From Alphaproteobacteria bacterium (GTDB taxonomy: Bacteria > Pseudomonadota > Alphaproteobacteria > MPNO01 > UBA830), in the NCBI GenBank assembly GCA_964291215.2, contig OZ219791.1, positions 2,784,001-2,848,000 of the forward strand: a stretch of DNA of 64,000 bases, written 5' to 3'. Of this stretch, positions 21,591-31,538 are shown one piece after another; the stretch's first letter is position 1; each line of letters starts with the position of its first letter. The notes beneath the pieces are model-generated. The model searched no databases. It saw only the letters and a list, made by a program, of their open reading frames with translations, and was not told the DNA's origin. Both the position numbers and the translations under genes were made by a program.

Positions 21591-23519
21591 GGTGGTTCCT
21601 TCGTGCCGTCCGGGGGAGGGGGGCGTCGCCCGCCTCTTCCCGGCGGAGAAGTCTCGCGGGCACGACAAGGCCGCGCCGCAGACTTCCGGGGGCAGCGGCG
21701 CGAGGTCCCGCTGGCGCGCAATGTCGGCGAGCCGATGCTCTAGGCGATCTGCCAATGCCTCCGCTTGGCGCCTTACATTCTCCGAGTTCAGCCGGGGATG
21801 CTTGCTCGCCTTCTCTTCCGCCTCCAGATCCAGGGCGCGGTGCTGGAGATGAACGATCTCGCGGCGTATCCGCTCTCTGATCGCCGTTTCGATCCTGTCG
21901 AGTATGGCGAGGCACGGCTCTCCTGCCTCCTCCAGATGCCGGGGGGCTAGGTCGGTGACCGCAAGCGTACGTGCCCGCTCTTCCAGGGGTTCCCTGAGCC
22001 AGGGCGCGCCCAGGGTCTCGCCGATCCCGTCCTGCTCTTCCGCCGTCGGCGCGCGGCAGTCCAGATATGGTGCCGGCCCGCCGTTGTTGGCACTGCCGAC
22101 TTCGTGGAGCCAGACGAATTGCAGCCGTTTGGAGAGCGTCTGCGGCTTGCCGTCCCGTGCCGCCCGGCCATCGCGGATCGCATGGTGCAACGTGACCAGA
22201 ATGCGGGCGTCGTCATGCCGGTCGGTGTCGTCGACCAGCACACTCCGCGCGCCAGAAGCTCGCGATAGCGCTCAAGCGTCAGATCGATCAGGGCATCGAG
22301 CAGTGGATGGCCGGGCGCAACAAGTGCCGCCTGCGGCTGGCCAGGGATGTGTTTCCTGTCGAAACAGATGCGACGATAGCGGGGCAGCACCGGATCGGCG
22401 CGGCCGATCAGACGGTCCCGGTCGCGCAAGACGGGCGGAACCCGCGTGATCTCGGCCCGGCCCGTCTCGCGACGGCGCAGGATGCTGCCGGCTTCCTCAA
22501 AAGCTGCCTCGAAGAAGGGGCGGATGTGGTGGGGTTGGAGCCGCCGCGCCGCCGCCCGCTTCATCTCCTCCTGCACGCCGCGGACCGTGGCTGGGTCGAA
22601 CCCCTCCCGGGTCAGCTTGTTGTGTGCGACGAGATCGTTGATGTTGTCGACATCGACCGCGCCGTCGATCGTCTGGAACAGCCTGTCGGATATCTCCGGC
22701 CGCTCGCCGTAGCGGATGGCTTCCATGAACAGCTCGCGCAGCGGCCGGGCCTCGAACAGTTCGCCGAGCACATCGTAGATCCTGCCGCCCAGGGTTTGCC
22801 GTGTCGTCTCCAGCTTTTCCAGAAGCCGTTGGTACACCGCGCCCTCGCGCGTTTCGTTCGCCACCAGGTTCCACAGGTGGCAGACCTCGGTCTGCCCGAT
22901 CCGGTGAATGCGCGCGAAGTGCTGCTCCGGCCGGTTGGGATTCCACGGCAGGTCGTAGTTGACCATCAGGTGAGCGCCGCGTTGCAGGTTCACCCCCTCG
23001 TCGGCAGCGTCGTTGGCGAGAAGGAAGCGGACGGAGGGATCGTCGTTGAACGCGACGATGGCGGCGCGCCGCCGGTCGCGCGGGACGCTGCCGTGGATGA
23101 CGGTCACACTGTCGGGCGCGCCCGTGCGGTCGCGGATACGGTGGGCGAGATACTCCAACGTGTCGCGCGCCTCGGTGAAGACGACGATCTTGCGGCGCGC
23201 GCCCTGCCGGGGATCGTGGATTGGGGGGTCGTCGAAGATGCGGTCGAGTTCGTGCCATTTGTCATCCTCGCCAGACCGGCGGAGCGCGTTCGCCATGGCT
23301 TCGAGCCGCCGCAGCTCGGCGACCTCGGCTTCAAGTTCGGCGACCGTGCGGGCCGCCGTGGCGCGGTCGACGAGTCGGTCTTCGTGCGCCTCCAGCTCTT
23401 CGCCCGTGGCGTCTTCGAGAGCATCGTTGTCGAGCATAGCTTTCGGCACGGCCGCTTCTCCGACCTCGTGCCCGGCGCGGCCGAGCCGTTCTTCCTCCAG
23501 CCGCGCCTCGAATCGCAAC

Positions 23520-23737
23520 GTCGTGAGGATGGCGGACGGGAAGGCGCCCGACATCAGGGCGGTGGTCATCGATCTCGACGCCTCGTCGGATCGCATCTTG
23601 CCGCACGGCAATCGCTCCCGGGAACGAAGAAGGTCTGGCAGGGTCTCGAGCGGCTGCACCGGGCGATCCAGGTGCGCGACGCACTGGGCAAGAGAAGGCG
23701 GGAATGAGATACCTGTATGAGTGTGGGATGTTGAAAG
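23520..23737 (+). mobile_element. IS4-family (Tn5-like) transposase 3' end remnant
   Basis: RQSLPGTKKVWQGLERL; ends TTGAAAG like the element at 56062-58002. Confidence 0.72.
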
Positions 23738-24124
23738 GCCTGTCGTGGCGGGACCGCGCAGGGAAAGGAGAAAGCCGAAGCCTGTGATGAACGGTTTGAA
23801 GAAGGGGCCCTGTGAAGGCGGCGAACAAGGGAGCTTCTGCGGAGTTGCTGGAGGAAAGGGCCTCGACCAAGGGGAATTCGGGACACAAAAGCACGCGCCG
23901 AACGCAGTGTCGGGTGCCACAGGCGGCGGACCGGATACGGAAAGCCGCAGAGGTTCGACTGGAAGCGACTGGAGCGCATGACCGAGATTCTTTGGCCGCG
24001 CGCAACAATCCGCCACCCATGGCCGGACCAGCGGTTTGCCGTCAAGCACCCGAGGGCGGATGGATTAACGTCCATGTCCGGATTTGTGCGGGGGGTGCGC
24101 AGTAATGCGCATTCCTACCGTAAC
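23738..24124 (+). mobile_element. group II intron remnant (5'-truncated, RT ORF internally deleted)
   Basis: RT start (VPQAADRIRKAA) joined to RT end (IRHPWPDQRFAVKHPR); domain V/VI CGGATGGATTAACGTCCATGTCCGGATTTGTGCGGGGGGTGCGCAGTAATGCGCATTCCTACCGTAAC. Confidence 0.82.
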
Positions 24125-25273
24125 TCGGTGACGACATGGAGCGATCGGGTCCTGCCGTCGACCCGGAAGCCGGTTTCGTCGACATGCAGGGCCGGGCGTT
24201 CCGGCAGCTCGGCGATGGCGGCCTGGAGTGCAGCGCGTCATGCAGGCGCCTGACGCAGGCGAGGCAGGTGGCCTCGTAGAGCCTGAGCCCGGAGACCGCC
24301 TGCACCAGCGCGACGGCGCAGGGACAGCATTTGGGCGACCGGCAGGTTGATGACGAAGGCCTGCAGACCGACGCCGTATTGCAGCGGCCCGGGCATGGTC
24401 TCGGGAAACCGCCCCCGGCAATCCGGGCATTCCTTGACCTCGGCGTCGATGCGGCGCTCGATGACCTCGAAGACGATGTCGTACGACGCTCCCGGTCGAC
24501 AGCCTCGACGCCATCGAGGCCGCAGGCCTCGACGGCGACCGTCTCCTCGACGATGGTCTTCCAGAGGTTGTCGCCCGTCTGCAGGTTCGGCTTCGGGCCC
24601 TTGCCGCTGGCGCCCTTGCGCCGCTCGTCCTTGTCCGTCTGCGACGGCGCAAGGCCGGAGTTGGCGCCGGTGGGTCGTCTTCTCCAGCAGGACGGCAATC
24701 AGGATGCTCACCAAGGTGGACAGCACGCGGATCACGTCATCGGCCTCTCCGGATATCTTGCCGGCAGCGCCGCGATCCTGGCCGCCTCGAACTCCTCGCG
24801 CAGCGACGCCGCGTCGCCCGGCGGCATCTTCCGGTACCCCGCCGCCTGGCCTTGCGCCTGATGCGCTGACGGTCCGTGCGGTTCCGTCCGACATCGCCGG
24901 CCGAGTGCATCCGCCCGGGCTCGAAGTCGAGCCACCTCGGTGCGGACCCGGGGCGTCACCTGCACGGCGATGCGGCGCCAGTCCCGCAGCAGGTCGTCGT
25001 ACAACGCCGAGGCGCGGCCCGAGACCATCGCCTGACACGGCAGCCCCTTGAGCAGTTCAAGGAGTTCGACATGGTTGGCTTCGGTGCAGTCGTGACGGTA
25101 CCGCCGCTTCGATCGGCGGGTCGCCTGCAGGGGTCGCTGCAGACCAGTTTCGTGCCCCGGAACGCAAGGCCGGCCAGGAACGCGTGGGCGCAGCCGTGGA
25201 TCAGTTCCACCGGATAATCGCACCCGAACCCGTCCAGCGATCGCCGGTCGATCCCGATCGAGCGCAAGGCCGG
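24125..25273 (-). mobile_element. IS66-family remnant: DNA methyltransferase fragment plus transposase 5' half
   Basis: PALRSIGID..YPVELIHGCAH..SDP..HVELLELL..VSG..LYD MTase fragments; EKTT..NSGLAPSQTDK, ECPDC, LHVDETGFRVDG. Confidence 0.82.
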
Positions 25274-26569
25274 GTGATGGCGACGGTCAACGCGGCGCGC
25301 GAGGAGTTCGAAGCGGCCAAGACCGCGGCGCTGCGTGCGGCCGGCAAGGTGGCGGAAGAGGCCGTCATCCGCGTCCTTGTCATCCTGCTCGACATCATCA
25401 TCGTCGTCCTTCTGGAGAAGACCACGCGCAAAACGAGCCGGAACTCCGGTCTGCCGCCGTCACAGACGGACAAGAGCGTGCCGGAAGCAACGGCAAGGGC
25501 CCGAAGCCGAACCGGCAGATGGGCGACAACCTGCGCAAGACCATCGTCGAGGAAACGGTTGCGGCCTGCGACGCCTGCGGCGCTGACATCGACGGCCCCG
25601 TCGATCGGGAGCGCCGCGTCCTCTATGACATCGTGTTCGAGGTCGTCGAGCGCCGCGCCGAGATCAAGGAATGCCCGAAGTGCAAGGGCCGGTTCCCCGA
25701 CAACATCCCGTGCAGTACGGCATCCAGGCCCTCGTCATCAACCTGCTGGTCGCCCAGATGCTATCCCTGCGCCGTCGCGTTCGTGCAGGCGATCTCCGGC
25801 ATCAAGCTCTCCGAGGCAACCTGCCTCGGCTATGCTTTCACGATGCGTCATGGGAGGAGGCCGCCGTGGCGCACCTCCTGCAACGCCCAGCCCTGCATGT
25901 CGACGAGACCGGATTTCGGATCAACAGTAAGTGGCTCCATGTCGTGGGACCCTGACGTGCAAGTTCCCGCACCGCAAGCGCGGGCAAGAGATCGGCCCGT
26001 GCTACAAGGGCGTCCTGGGCCTCGTACATGGGCCAGTGTAGCCACCAGCTGTGCGGTAGCCACCTGCTGCGCGAACTGACCTTTGTCGTCGAGGCTACCG
26101 CGCGACTGATGAAGAGCCTGCTCCGCGAGGTCTGCCACAAGGTCAACAAGAGCGCATCTAAAACCCTGAACGACGCCGGGCCGTGCGCAAGCGCTACCGC
26201 ACCATCAGGGCGCCAAGGAACTGCCCGACATTCCGCCGCCGCCGAAAGGAAAACGTGGACGCAAGTCCGACGCGCACAACCTGCACGAACGTCTCGTGAA
26301 ACACGAAAACCTGCGCTTCACAGACGACCCCAACGTCAGCTTCACCAACAATGCCGGAGAACAGAAGATCAGGATGGCAAAGGTCAAGGTGTCCGGGTGC
26401 TTCCGCTCCACGCAAAAGCATGGTGCCGGGGCTCAAGCTACCTCACCTCCATGGCCGCACTCGGCTACAACCCACTCGTCGCCACCCAGATCGCCCTCGA
26501 CGGAAAAGCCGCAGACATCATCAACGAGCACTATGGCCAATCAGAATCCAACTAGGGGTGAGTAGATAC
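25262..26569 (+). mobile_element. IS66-family (single-ORF ISBst12-like) transposase copy A, decayed
   Basis: NSGLPPSQTDK, LHVDETGFR, HQLCGSHLLREL, FTNNAGEQKIRMAKVK; right end GGGGTGAGTAGATAC; near-identical to 54069-55345. Confidence 0.92.
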
Positions 26570-26688
26570 CTGGTTTGAATGTTCATCCTCAGCCAGTTCG
26601 CGCCGCAGTGCTGGCAAAGCGCAGCCGTCCAGGCGCCGTTCCGGCAGGGTGGCCGTCCAGCGGAAGTGAACGGGTTGCCGCCGGCCGG

Positions 26689-27144
26689 TCAGTTGCGGTT
26701 CTCGTACTGTTCCAGGCCCTCGATGGCGTCGAGATTCTCGGCGCGCCCGCGAAGTTCGATGACATTGCGGTCGGGGTCCCTGACGAAAACCGAGACATGG
26801 CTTCCGCGCTCAAACATTACCGGCCCCTGGGTGATCGTGATGCCGTGCTCCTTGAGCAGCCTGATGGTGTCGGCGATCGAGGATACCCGAAGCGCGAGAT
26901 GCGTCATGCCTGCGTACTTGGTGTCGATATCCATGAGGATGTTGCTGCCGTCATGTTCGGGCGCGGCATTGACGACCAGATTGATCTCGACGTTCTGGGC
27001 GTTGCGGATGATGATCACCGGATCGAAGGTAATCCGCTTCTCAACCTTGAAGCCCAACACCTCGTAGAAGCCCAGCGCACGCTCCGCGTCCGCGACCCGG
27101 ATACCGACATGGTCGACCTGCTCGATGCCGATCGTCTCCGTCAT
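26689..27144 (-). CDS. VOC/glyoxalase family protein
   Basis: DHVGIRV..FYEVLGF..HLALRV..FVRDPDRNVIEL. Confidence 0.9.
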   Translation of the reverse strand: MTETIGIEQVDHVGIRVADAERALGFYEVLGFKVEKRITFDPVIIIRNAQNVEINLVVNAAPEHDGSNILMDIDTKYAGMTHLALRVSSIADTIRLLKEHGITITQGPVMFERGSHVSVFVRDPDRNVIELRGRAENLDAIEGLEQYENRN

Positions 27145-28796
27145 GTGTTACTCCTGTCGACCGCCGGAGCGCCGGTTCCGGCGGGCTTCAGCGTTTCGCG
27201 CCCGCGCAGAATGTCCGACATGCGTTCGGCAAACATGATTATCGGCGCGTTGATGTTTCCCCCCACCATGTCGGGGAAGACCGAGCCGTCGATAACGCGA
27301 AGGTTCTCGGCGCCCCGCACACGCAGTTCGGGATCGACAACGGCCGCTTCGTCGCTGTCCGGGCCCATCTTGCAGGTGCCGAGCGGATGATGCGCGGTCC
27401 ACGCCGTGCGCTTGATGAAATCGTCGAGCGGTTCGTCCCGCGGCTGAATTTCGCGTCCGCGGAATTTATCGAGCGCTTCCTGGCGTGCGATCTCCCTCAC
27501 TATCCCGATGCCGTCGCGGAGCGTCTGCCAGTCCTCCGGTTCGGTCAGGAAGTTCTGGTGGATCTGCATGTGATCGGCGGGGTTGGCTGATCTCAGCGTC
27601 AGTTCGCCGACGCTCTTGGGGTGCAGCAGGACTGGCCGCACCATGAAGGCGTCGTTCGGCTTGGGCCGGAGGCCGGGGAACCAGGGTTTGGATTCGGGCG
27701 GAATGAAGCGCGCGAGCAACTGGATGTCGGGTTGCGCGAGTCCGTCTTTCGAATGGATGAAACCCGTGAGCGGGCCCGGCATCTCGGTGGCGAATCCGGT
27801 GCCGAAGAAGTACGCGCGAGCCATGGCAAGCGCAATCCGGTCGTAGCGAAGAAGCCCGACGAATGGACCGTCGCCGTTGCGCTCGTATTCGACGCCGACC
27901 GAGAGGTGGTCCTGGAGGTTGCAGCCCACGCCCTTCGAGTCGATCACCGTATCGATGCCATGCGCCTTCACGCGGTTGCCGTCGCCGATCCCCGACAGCA
28001 TCAGCAGCTGCGGCGAGTTTATGACCCCGCCCGAAAGGATGACCTCGCGCTCCGCCCGCGCCACCGTCGTCCCGCGGCCTCCGGTGGAATACTCGATGCC
28101 CGTCGCCCTCGCGCCCTCGAGAATGACCCGGTGCGCCAGCGCCCGCGTCACCACGGTCAGGTTGGCGCGCTTCATCGCCGGGCGCAGATAGGCGACCGCG
28201 GCGCTGCACCGGCGGCCGTTGCGGATGGTCGACTGGAACGTGCCGAGGCCTTCGTTGGTCGCGCCGTTATAGTCGGACGTGGTTCCGTATCCGGCCGACT
28301 CGCCGGCCGCGAGCCACGCCGCCAGCAGAGGATCAGGATACTTGTTCTCTATCGTCGTCAGCGGGCCTCCGGAGCCGCGATAGTCGTCTTCACCACCTTC
28401 CCAGTCCTCCGATTTCCGGAAATACGGCAGGCACTCGTCATAGGACCAGCCCGTGCAGCCGTTCCGGCTCCAGCGGTCATAGTCCTCGCGGTGGCCGCGC
28501 ACATAGCCCATGGCGTTGATCGATGAAGAGCCGCCGAGCACCTTGCCGCGTGCGCACTCGACCTCGCGCCCGTCGAACTGGGCTTCGGGCTCCGTGAAAT
28601 AGCCCCAGTCGAACAGCCGCTCGAACAGAATCTTGCCCCAGCCGAGAGGGATCGTGATGTAGGGATGGCGGTCGCTGCCGCCGGCCTCGATGACCAGCAC
28701 CCGGGTATCCGGATCCTCGGTCAGGCGGTTGGCAAGCGTGCAGCCGGCCGAGCCGGCGCCGACGATCACGTAGTCATAGCTGTTGCCGTTGCTCAT
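27141..28796 (-). CDS. GMC oxidoreductase (choline dehydrogenase-like)
   Basis: YDYVIVGAGSAG, RGKVLGGSSSIN, NLQDH, HHPLGTCKMG, GNINAP. Confidence 0.93.
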   Translation of the reverse strand: MSNGNSYDYVIVGAGSAGCTLANRLTEDPDTRVLVIEAGGSDRHPYITIPLGWGKILFERLFDWGYFTEPEAQFDGREVECARGKVLGGSSSINAMGYVRGHREDYDRWSRNGCTGWSYDECLPYFRKSEDWEGGEDDYRGSGGPLTTIENKYPDPLLAAWLAAGESAGYGTTSDYNGATNEGLGTFQSTIRNGRRCSAAVAYLRPAMKRANLTVVTRALAHRVILEGARATGIEYSTGGRGTTVARAEREVILSGGVINSPQLLMLSGIGDGNRVKAHGIDTVIDSKGVGCNLQDHLSVGVEYERNGDGPFVGLLRYDRIALAMARAYFFGTGFATEMPGPLTGFIHSKDGLAQPDIQLLARFIPPESKPWFPGLRPKPNDAFMVRPVLLHPKSVGELTLRSANPADHMQIHQNFLTEPEDWQTLRDGIGIVREIARQEALDKFRGREIQPRDEPLDDFIKRTAWTAHHPLGTCKMGPDSDEAAVVDPELRVRGAENLRVIDGSVFPDMVGGNINAPIIMFAERMSDILRGRETLKPAGTGAPAVDRSNT

Positions 28797-28975
28797 CGCG
28801 CTCCTTCTTTCCGTGCGCCCAGGCGCCGCCATTCTGGCCGGTGCTGAGGTTGCCGTCCAGCACCGGGCCCAGGACACGGCCGCATCGCGGGCCGGCGCGT
28901 GAACCGGGATCCGGGCTCGGCCGCGAAGCCGGCTGGAAGCGGCGGCGGGCGCGGATACGGCCCGAGGGGCCGACC

Positions 28976-30316
28976 TCAGCGGCGCTGCCCCGTATCCTTG
29001 AGGCCGCGGAGCGCCTTTTCGGCAGCCTTGGTGTCGGCGATGCCGGCCTTGCGGTCGACCGGGACTGTCTCCTTCTGGCCGGCCTTCGGAAGCTTCTCGA
29101 ACGGGTAGACGGCGATCTTGTCGTTTCCTGCCGACGTGTCGCGGTCGAGGACGAGGTCCCTGGCGTTGGTCTTGCCGCTTCGCATTGCGCGGCCGTGCTT
29201 CTTCGCCGTCTCCAGGTCGAGCCACCACTTGCCGGCCACGTTGCGCCGGCCGAAGCCCATCTTGTCGTCGAGCCAGATCAGGAACCGACGTGACCAGGGG
29301 AGGCGGATCGCGGCCCACATCGCAAGCCGGTGCTGCAGCAGCCCTTCCTTGTTCCAGGGGCACATCTTCATGCACCTGCCGCAGGAGGAACCCTTGAGGT
29401 TCGTGACCCGGTACTTGGTGCATTTCTCGACATCGGGCTTCCAAGTCTCGTAGCCGTTGTAGAGCACTTTCTCCCCGTAGGGGATGGCCTGGGCAGGGCA
29501 TTCGCGGGCGCACTTCATGCACTTGGCGCAGAAGTCCTGCAGCCCGAAGTCTATCGGCTTGTCGACCGTCATCGGAAGGTTGGTCGTGATTATCGCCGTC
29601 TTGTGGCGCGGCCCGACGAACGGGTTGAGCACGAGTTCGCCGATGCGGCTCATTTCGCCGAGCCCGGCCAGCAGCATCAGCGGAATCTGCAGCACATCGC
29701 CGTCGGCGTTGGAATGCGCCTGCGCCTCGTAGCCCAGCCGGCGGATGTAGTCGGCAACGACGACCGAGATCGTCGAGCCCTTGAGATAGGCGCGGTAGCT
29801 CTGGGCACCCGAGATCCAGTCGTCGCCCGAAGACGCCTCAAGGGTCTCCCAGCGCTGGTCGACGACCACGACGATGGCGTATTTGTGCTTCGCCTCTATG
29901 GGCTCACCGTCCATGTCGTGGCTGTACCAGGCCCATTCCGGGCACTCGCAAATGCCGACGATGTCGGCATCGAGGAAGTGGCAGAGCGCCTTGATGTGCT
30001 TCGCCATCCCCTCGGGATCGGAGGGAAGTTCGGCCGGTTCCGCATAGGGATCGCCCCGGTGGGTGGGGACCTGGGTCCAGTGCACATGGCCCATCGCAGC
30101 GTTGAGCGGATTCTTGGTGATAAAGCGGCGTATCTCCTTGCCGGCCGTCGGTCCGAGGTCGCCGAAAAAGGCGCGCACGAAGAATCCGGCCCGTTTCGGA
30201 ACCCGTTCTATGCTGTCGGTGATCAGCGTCGTCGGCCGGTCGACCCGGGGGATCTTCTCCATCGGGAAGCGGCCCATGTAGAGTGGCCGTCCGCGCCGTG
30301 AGAGTATGCCCAGCAT
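28976..30316 (-). CDS. catabolic-type reductive dehalogenase (cobalamin, 2x[4Fe-4S])
   Basis: HIKALCHFLDADIVGIC..W.YS, YIRRLGYEA, AGLGEMSRIG..LNPFVGPR.K, DFCAKCMKCARECP and CGRCMKMCPWN; no Tat signal. Confidence 0.88.
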   Translation of the reverse strand: MLGILSRRGRPLYMGRFPMEKIPRVDRPTTLITDSIERVPKRAGFFVRAFFGDLGPTAGKEIRRFITKNPLNAAMGHVHWTQVPTHRGDPYAEPAELPSDPEGMAKHIKALCHFLDADIVGICECPEWAWYSHDMDGEPIEAKHKYAIVVVVDQRWETLEASSGDDWISGAQSYRAYLKGSTISVVVADYIRRLGYEAQAHSNADGDVLQIPLMLLAGLGEMSRIGELVLNPFVGPRHKTAIITTNLPMTVDKPIDFGLQDFCAKCMKCARECPAQAIPYGEKVLYNGYETWKPDVEKCTKYRVTNLKGSSCGRCMKMCPWNKEGLLQHRLAMWAAIRLPWSRRFLIWLDDKMGFGRRNVAGKWWLDLETAKKHGRAMRSGKTNARDLVLDRDTSAGNDKIAVYPFEKLPKAGQKETVPVDRKAGIADTKAAEKALRGLKDTGQRR

Positions 30317-30338
30317 TCCTGACCTCCCGGGCGCCGCT

Positions 30339-31148
30339 TCAGGGCAGGCGCACGACGGGATCGTCGCTTCGTGCGCGCCGATCGAGGAAGCGCGCGAGCG
30401 CTTCCCTGAAATAGGGATGGCCGACCGACTCCATCACGTTCTGGATCTCGAATTCCGTGGCTTCCTCGATCGACCGGCGCCAGCCCATGTGGAAACTCTC
30501 CCTGGCCATGGCCTGAAGATGGGTGGGTCCGGCCGCAAGATCTCTGGCGACCGACCAGGCATCGGCCTCGAACCGGTCGCGGCCGTAGATCCGGTTGACG
30601 ATCTGCCACTCAAGCGCTTCGCGAGCGTCAAGGGCGCGGTTGGTCAGCATCAGTTCCATGGCGCGACGGAAGCCGACGATCTTGACCAGCGAATAGCTCG
30701 TCGTGGCATCGTTGGCGAGGCCTATCGAATGCCAAGCACAGAGGAAGCGGGCATCGTCGGTGCACACCACGATGTCCGAACAGAGCGCTATGCCGAGCCC
30801 GGAGCCGGCCGCGACGCCGTTGACGGCAGAGAATACCGGTTTTCGCAACCGCACGATAAGGTGGAACACTTGGTGCCACCACATCGCCAGTTCCCGGAAG
30901 TGGGGGCTGATTCCCTCGTCAGTCGCCGGGATTTCCTTGAGGTTGAAACCCGAACAGAAGGCATCTCCAGCACCTGTGAACATCACGGCTCCGACCGTGT
31001 CGTCGGCCTCGGCCCGAAAAAGTGCGTCATGGGTTTCACGGACGCCCGCAAGATCGAGCGCGTTGGCGTATTGCGGCAGGTTGAACACCACCCTGGCAAC
31101 GCCGTCAGTCACCTCGTAGCGGATGCTGTTGTAAGTTGCAGTGTTCAA
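30339..31148 (-). CDS. fcbB: 4-chlorobenzoyl-CoA dehalogenase homologue (crotonase fold)
   Basis: Matches the remembered Pseudomonas CBS3 enzyme along its length: HFR..A.WWHQ (His90), CAWH.IG..ND..TSYSL (Trp137, Asp145), PTHLQ.MA.E.FH.GW, TEFEIQNV..SV.HP. Confidence 0.88.
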   Translation of the reverse strand: MNTATYNSIRYEVTDGVARVVFNLPQYANALDLAGVRETHDALFRAEADDTVGAVMFTGAGDAFCSGFNLKEIPATDEGISPHFRELAMWWHQVFHLIVRLRKPVFSAVNGVAAGSGLGIALCSDIVVCTDDARFLCAWHSIGLANDATTSYSLVKIVGFRRAMELMLTNRALDAREALEWQIVNRIYGRDRFEADAWSVARDLAAGPTHLQAMARESFHMGWRRSIEEATEFEIQNVMESVGHPYFREALARFLDRRARSDDPVVRLP

Positions 31149-31538
31149 GATGGGCCCCGTCTGCGGTTTCGATCATTGAGCGACGCAGGATATGGCGCAG
31201 TACCGCGTCCGTCCAGAGAGGAGATTTGGCGGCTCGCTGCTCAATCCTGCCACGAGGAGCCGTTCTCAGAAGTTCAGGAACACGGAATGATCCGCCGACG
31301 GACTTCCGGGCCGCTTCCTTCCAGGCGTCCGCAGCGCCGCCGGGTTTCCGCCGCACAGGCCGGGAGTCTGGCCGGTCCGGTCGACTCGTCGGGCCGGAGT
31401 CAGCGCGTCGGAAGCACGGGGGCTACGAGCGTCCGTCCGTCCCCCGGCTCCCCTTCTCGCCGGACAGCTGGAACGCGATGTCCGGCGGAACCCTTTCGTG
31501 GACAAGCGCCTTGCCGGCAGGCCGCGCCCCGCTGGCGG

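Larger units (their letters stand above)
19174..23519 (-). pseudogene. SNF2-family helicase with C-terminal DUF3883, 5'-truncated and interrupted by an IS630 and a group II intron
   Basis: KIVVFTE, degraded EGVNLQ..NYDLPWNP..IHRIGQ, ARRLQPH, GHPLL, GCDIES..EIKGR. Removing both insertions restores ...TKEPPSALARAEIESRAMEAI... Confidence 0.88.

Noticed and set aside
21947-24049. 700-aa ORF as a single intact helicase
   Set aside because: Its first ~175 codons are antisense read-through of intron and IS4 remnants; only the part below ~23519 is helicase.
28976-30316. Epoxyqueuosine reductase (QueG) as an alternative call
   Set aside because: The AGLGEMSRIG/LNPFVGPR and CGRCMK.CPWN pattern and the dehalogenase neighbour fit catabolic RdhA better; not confirmed by search.
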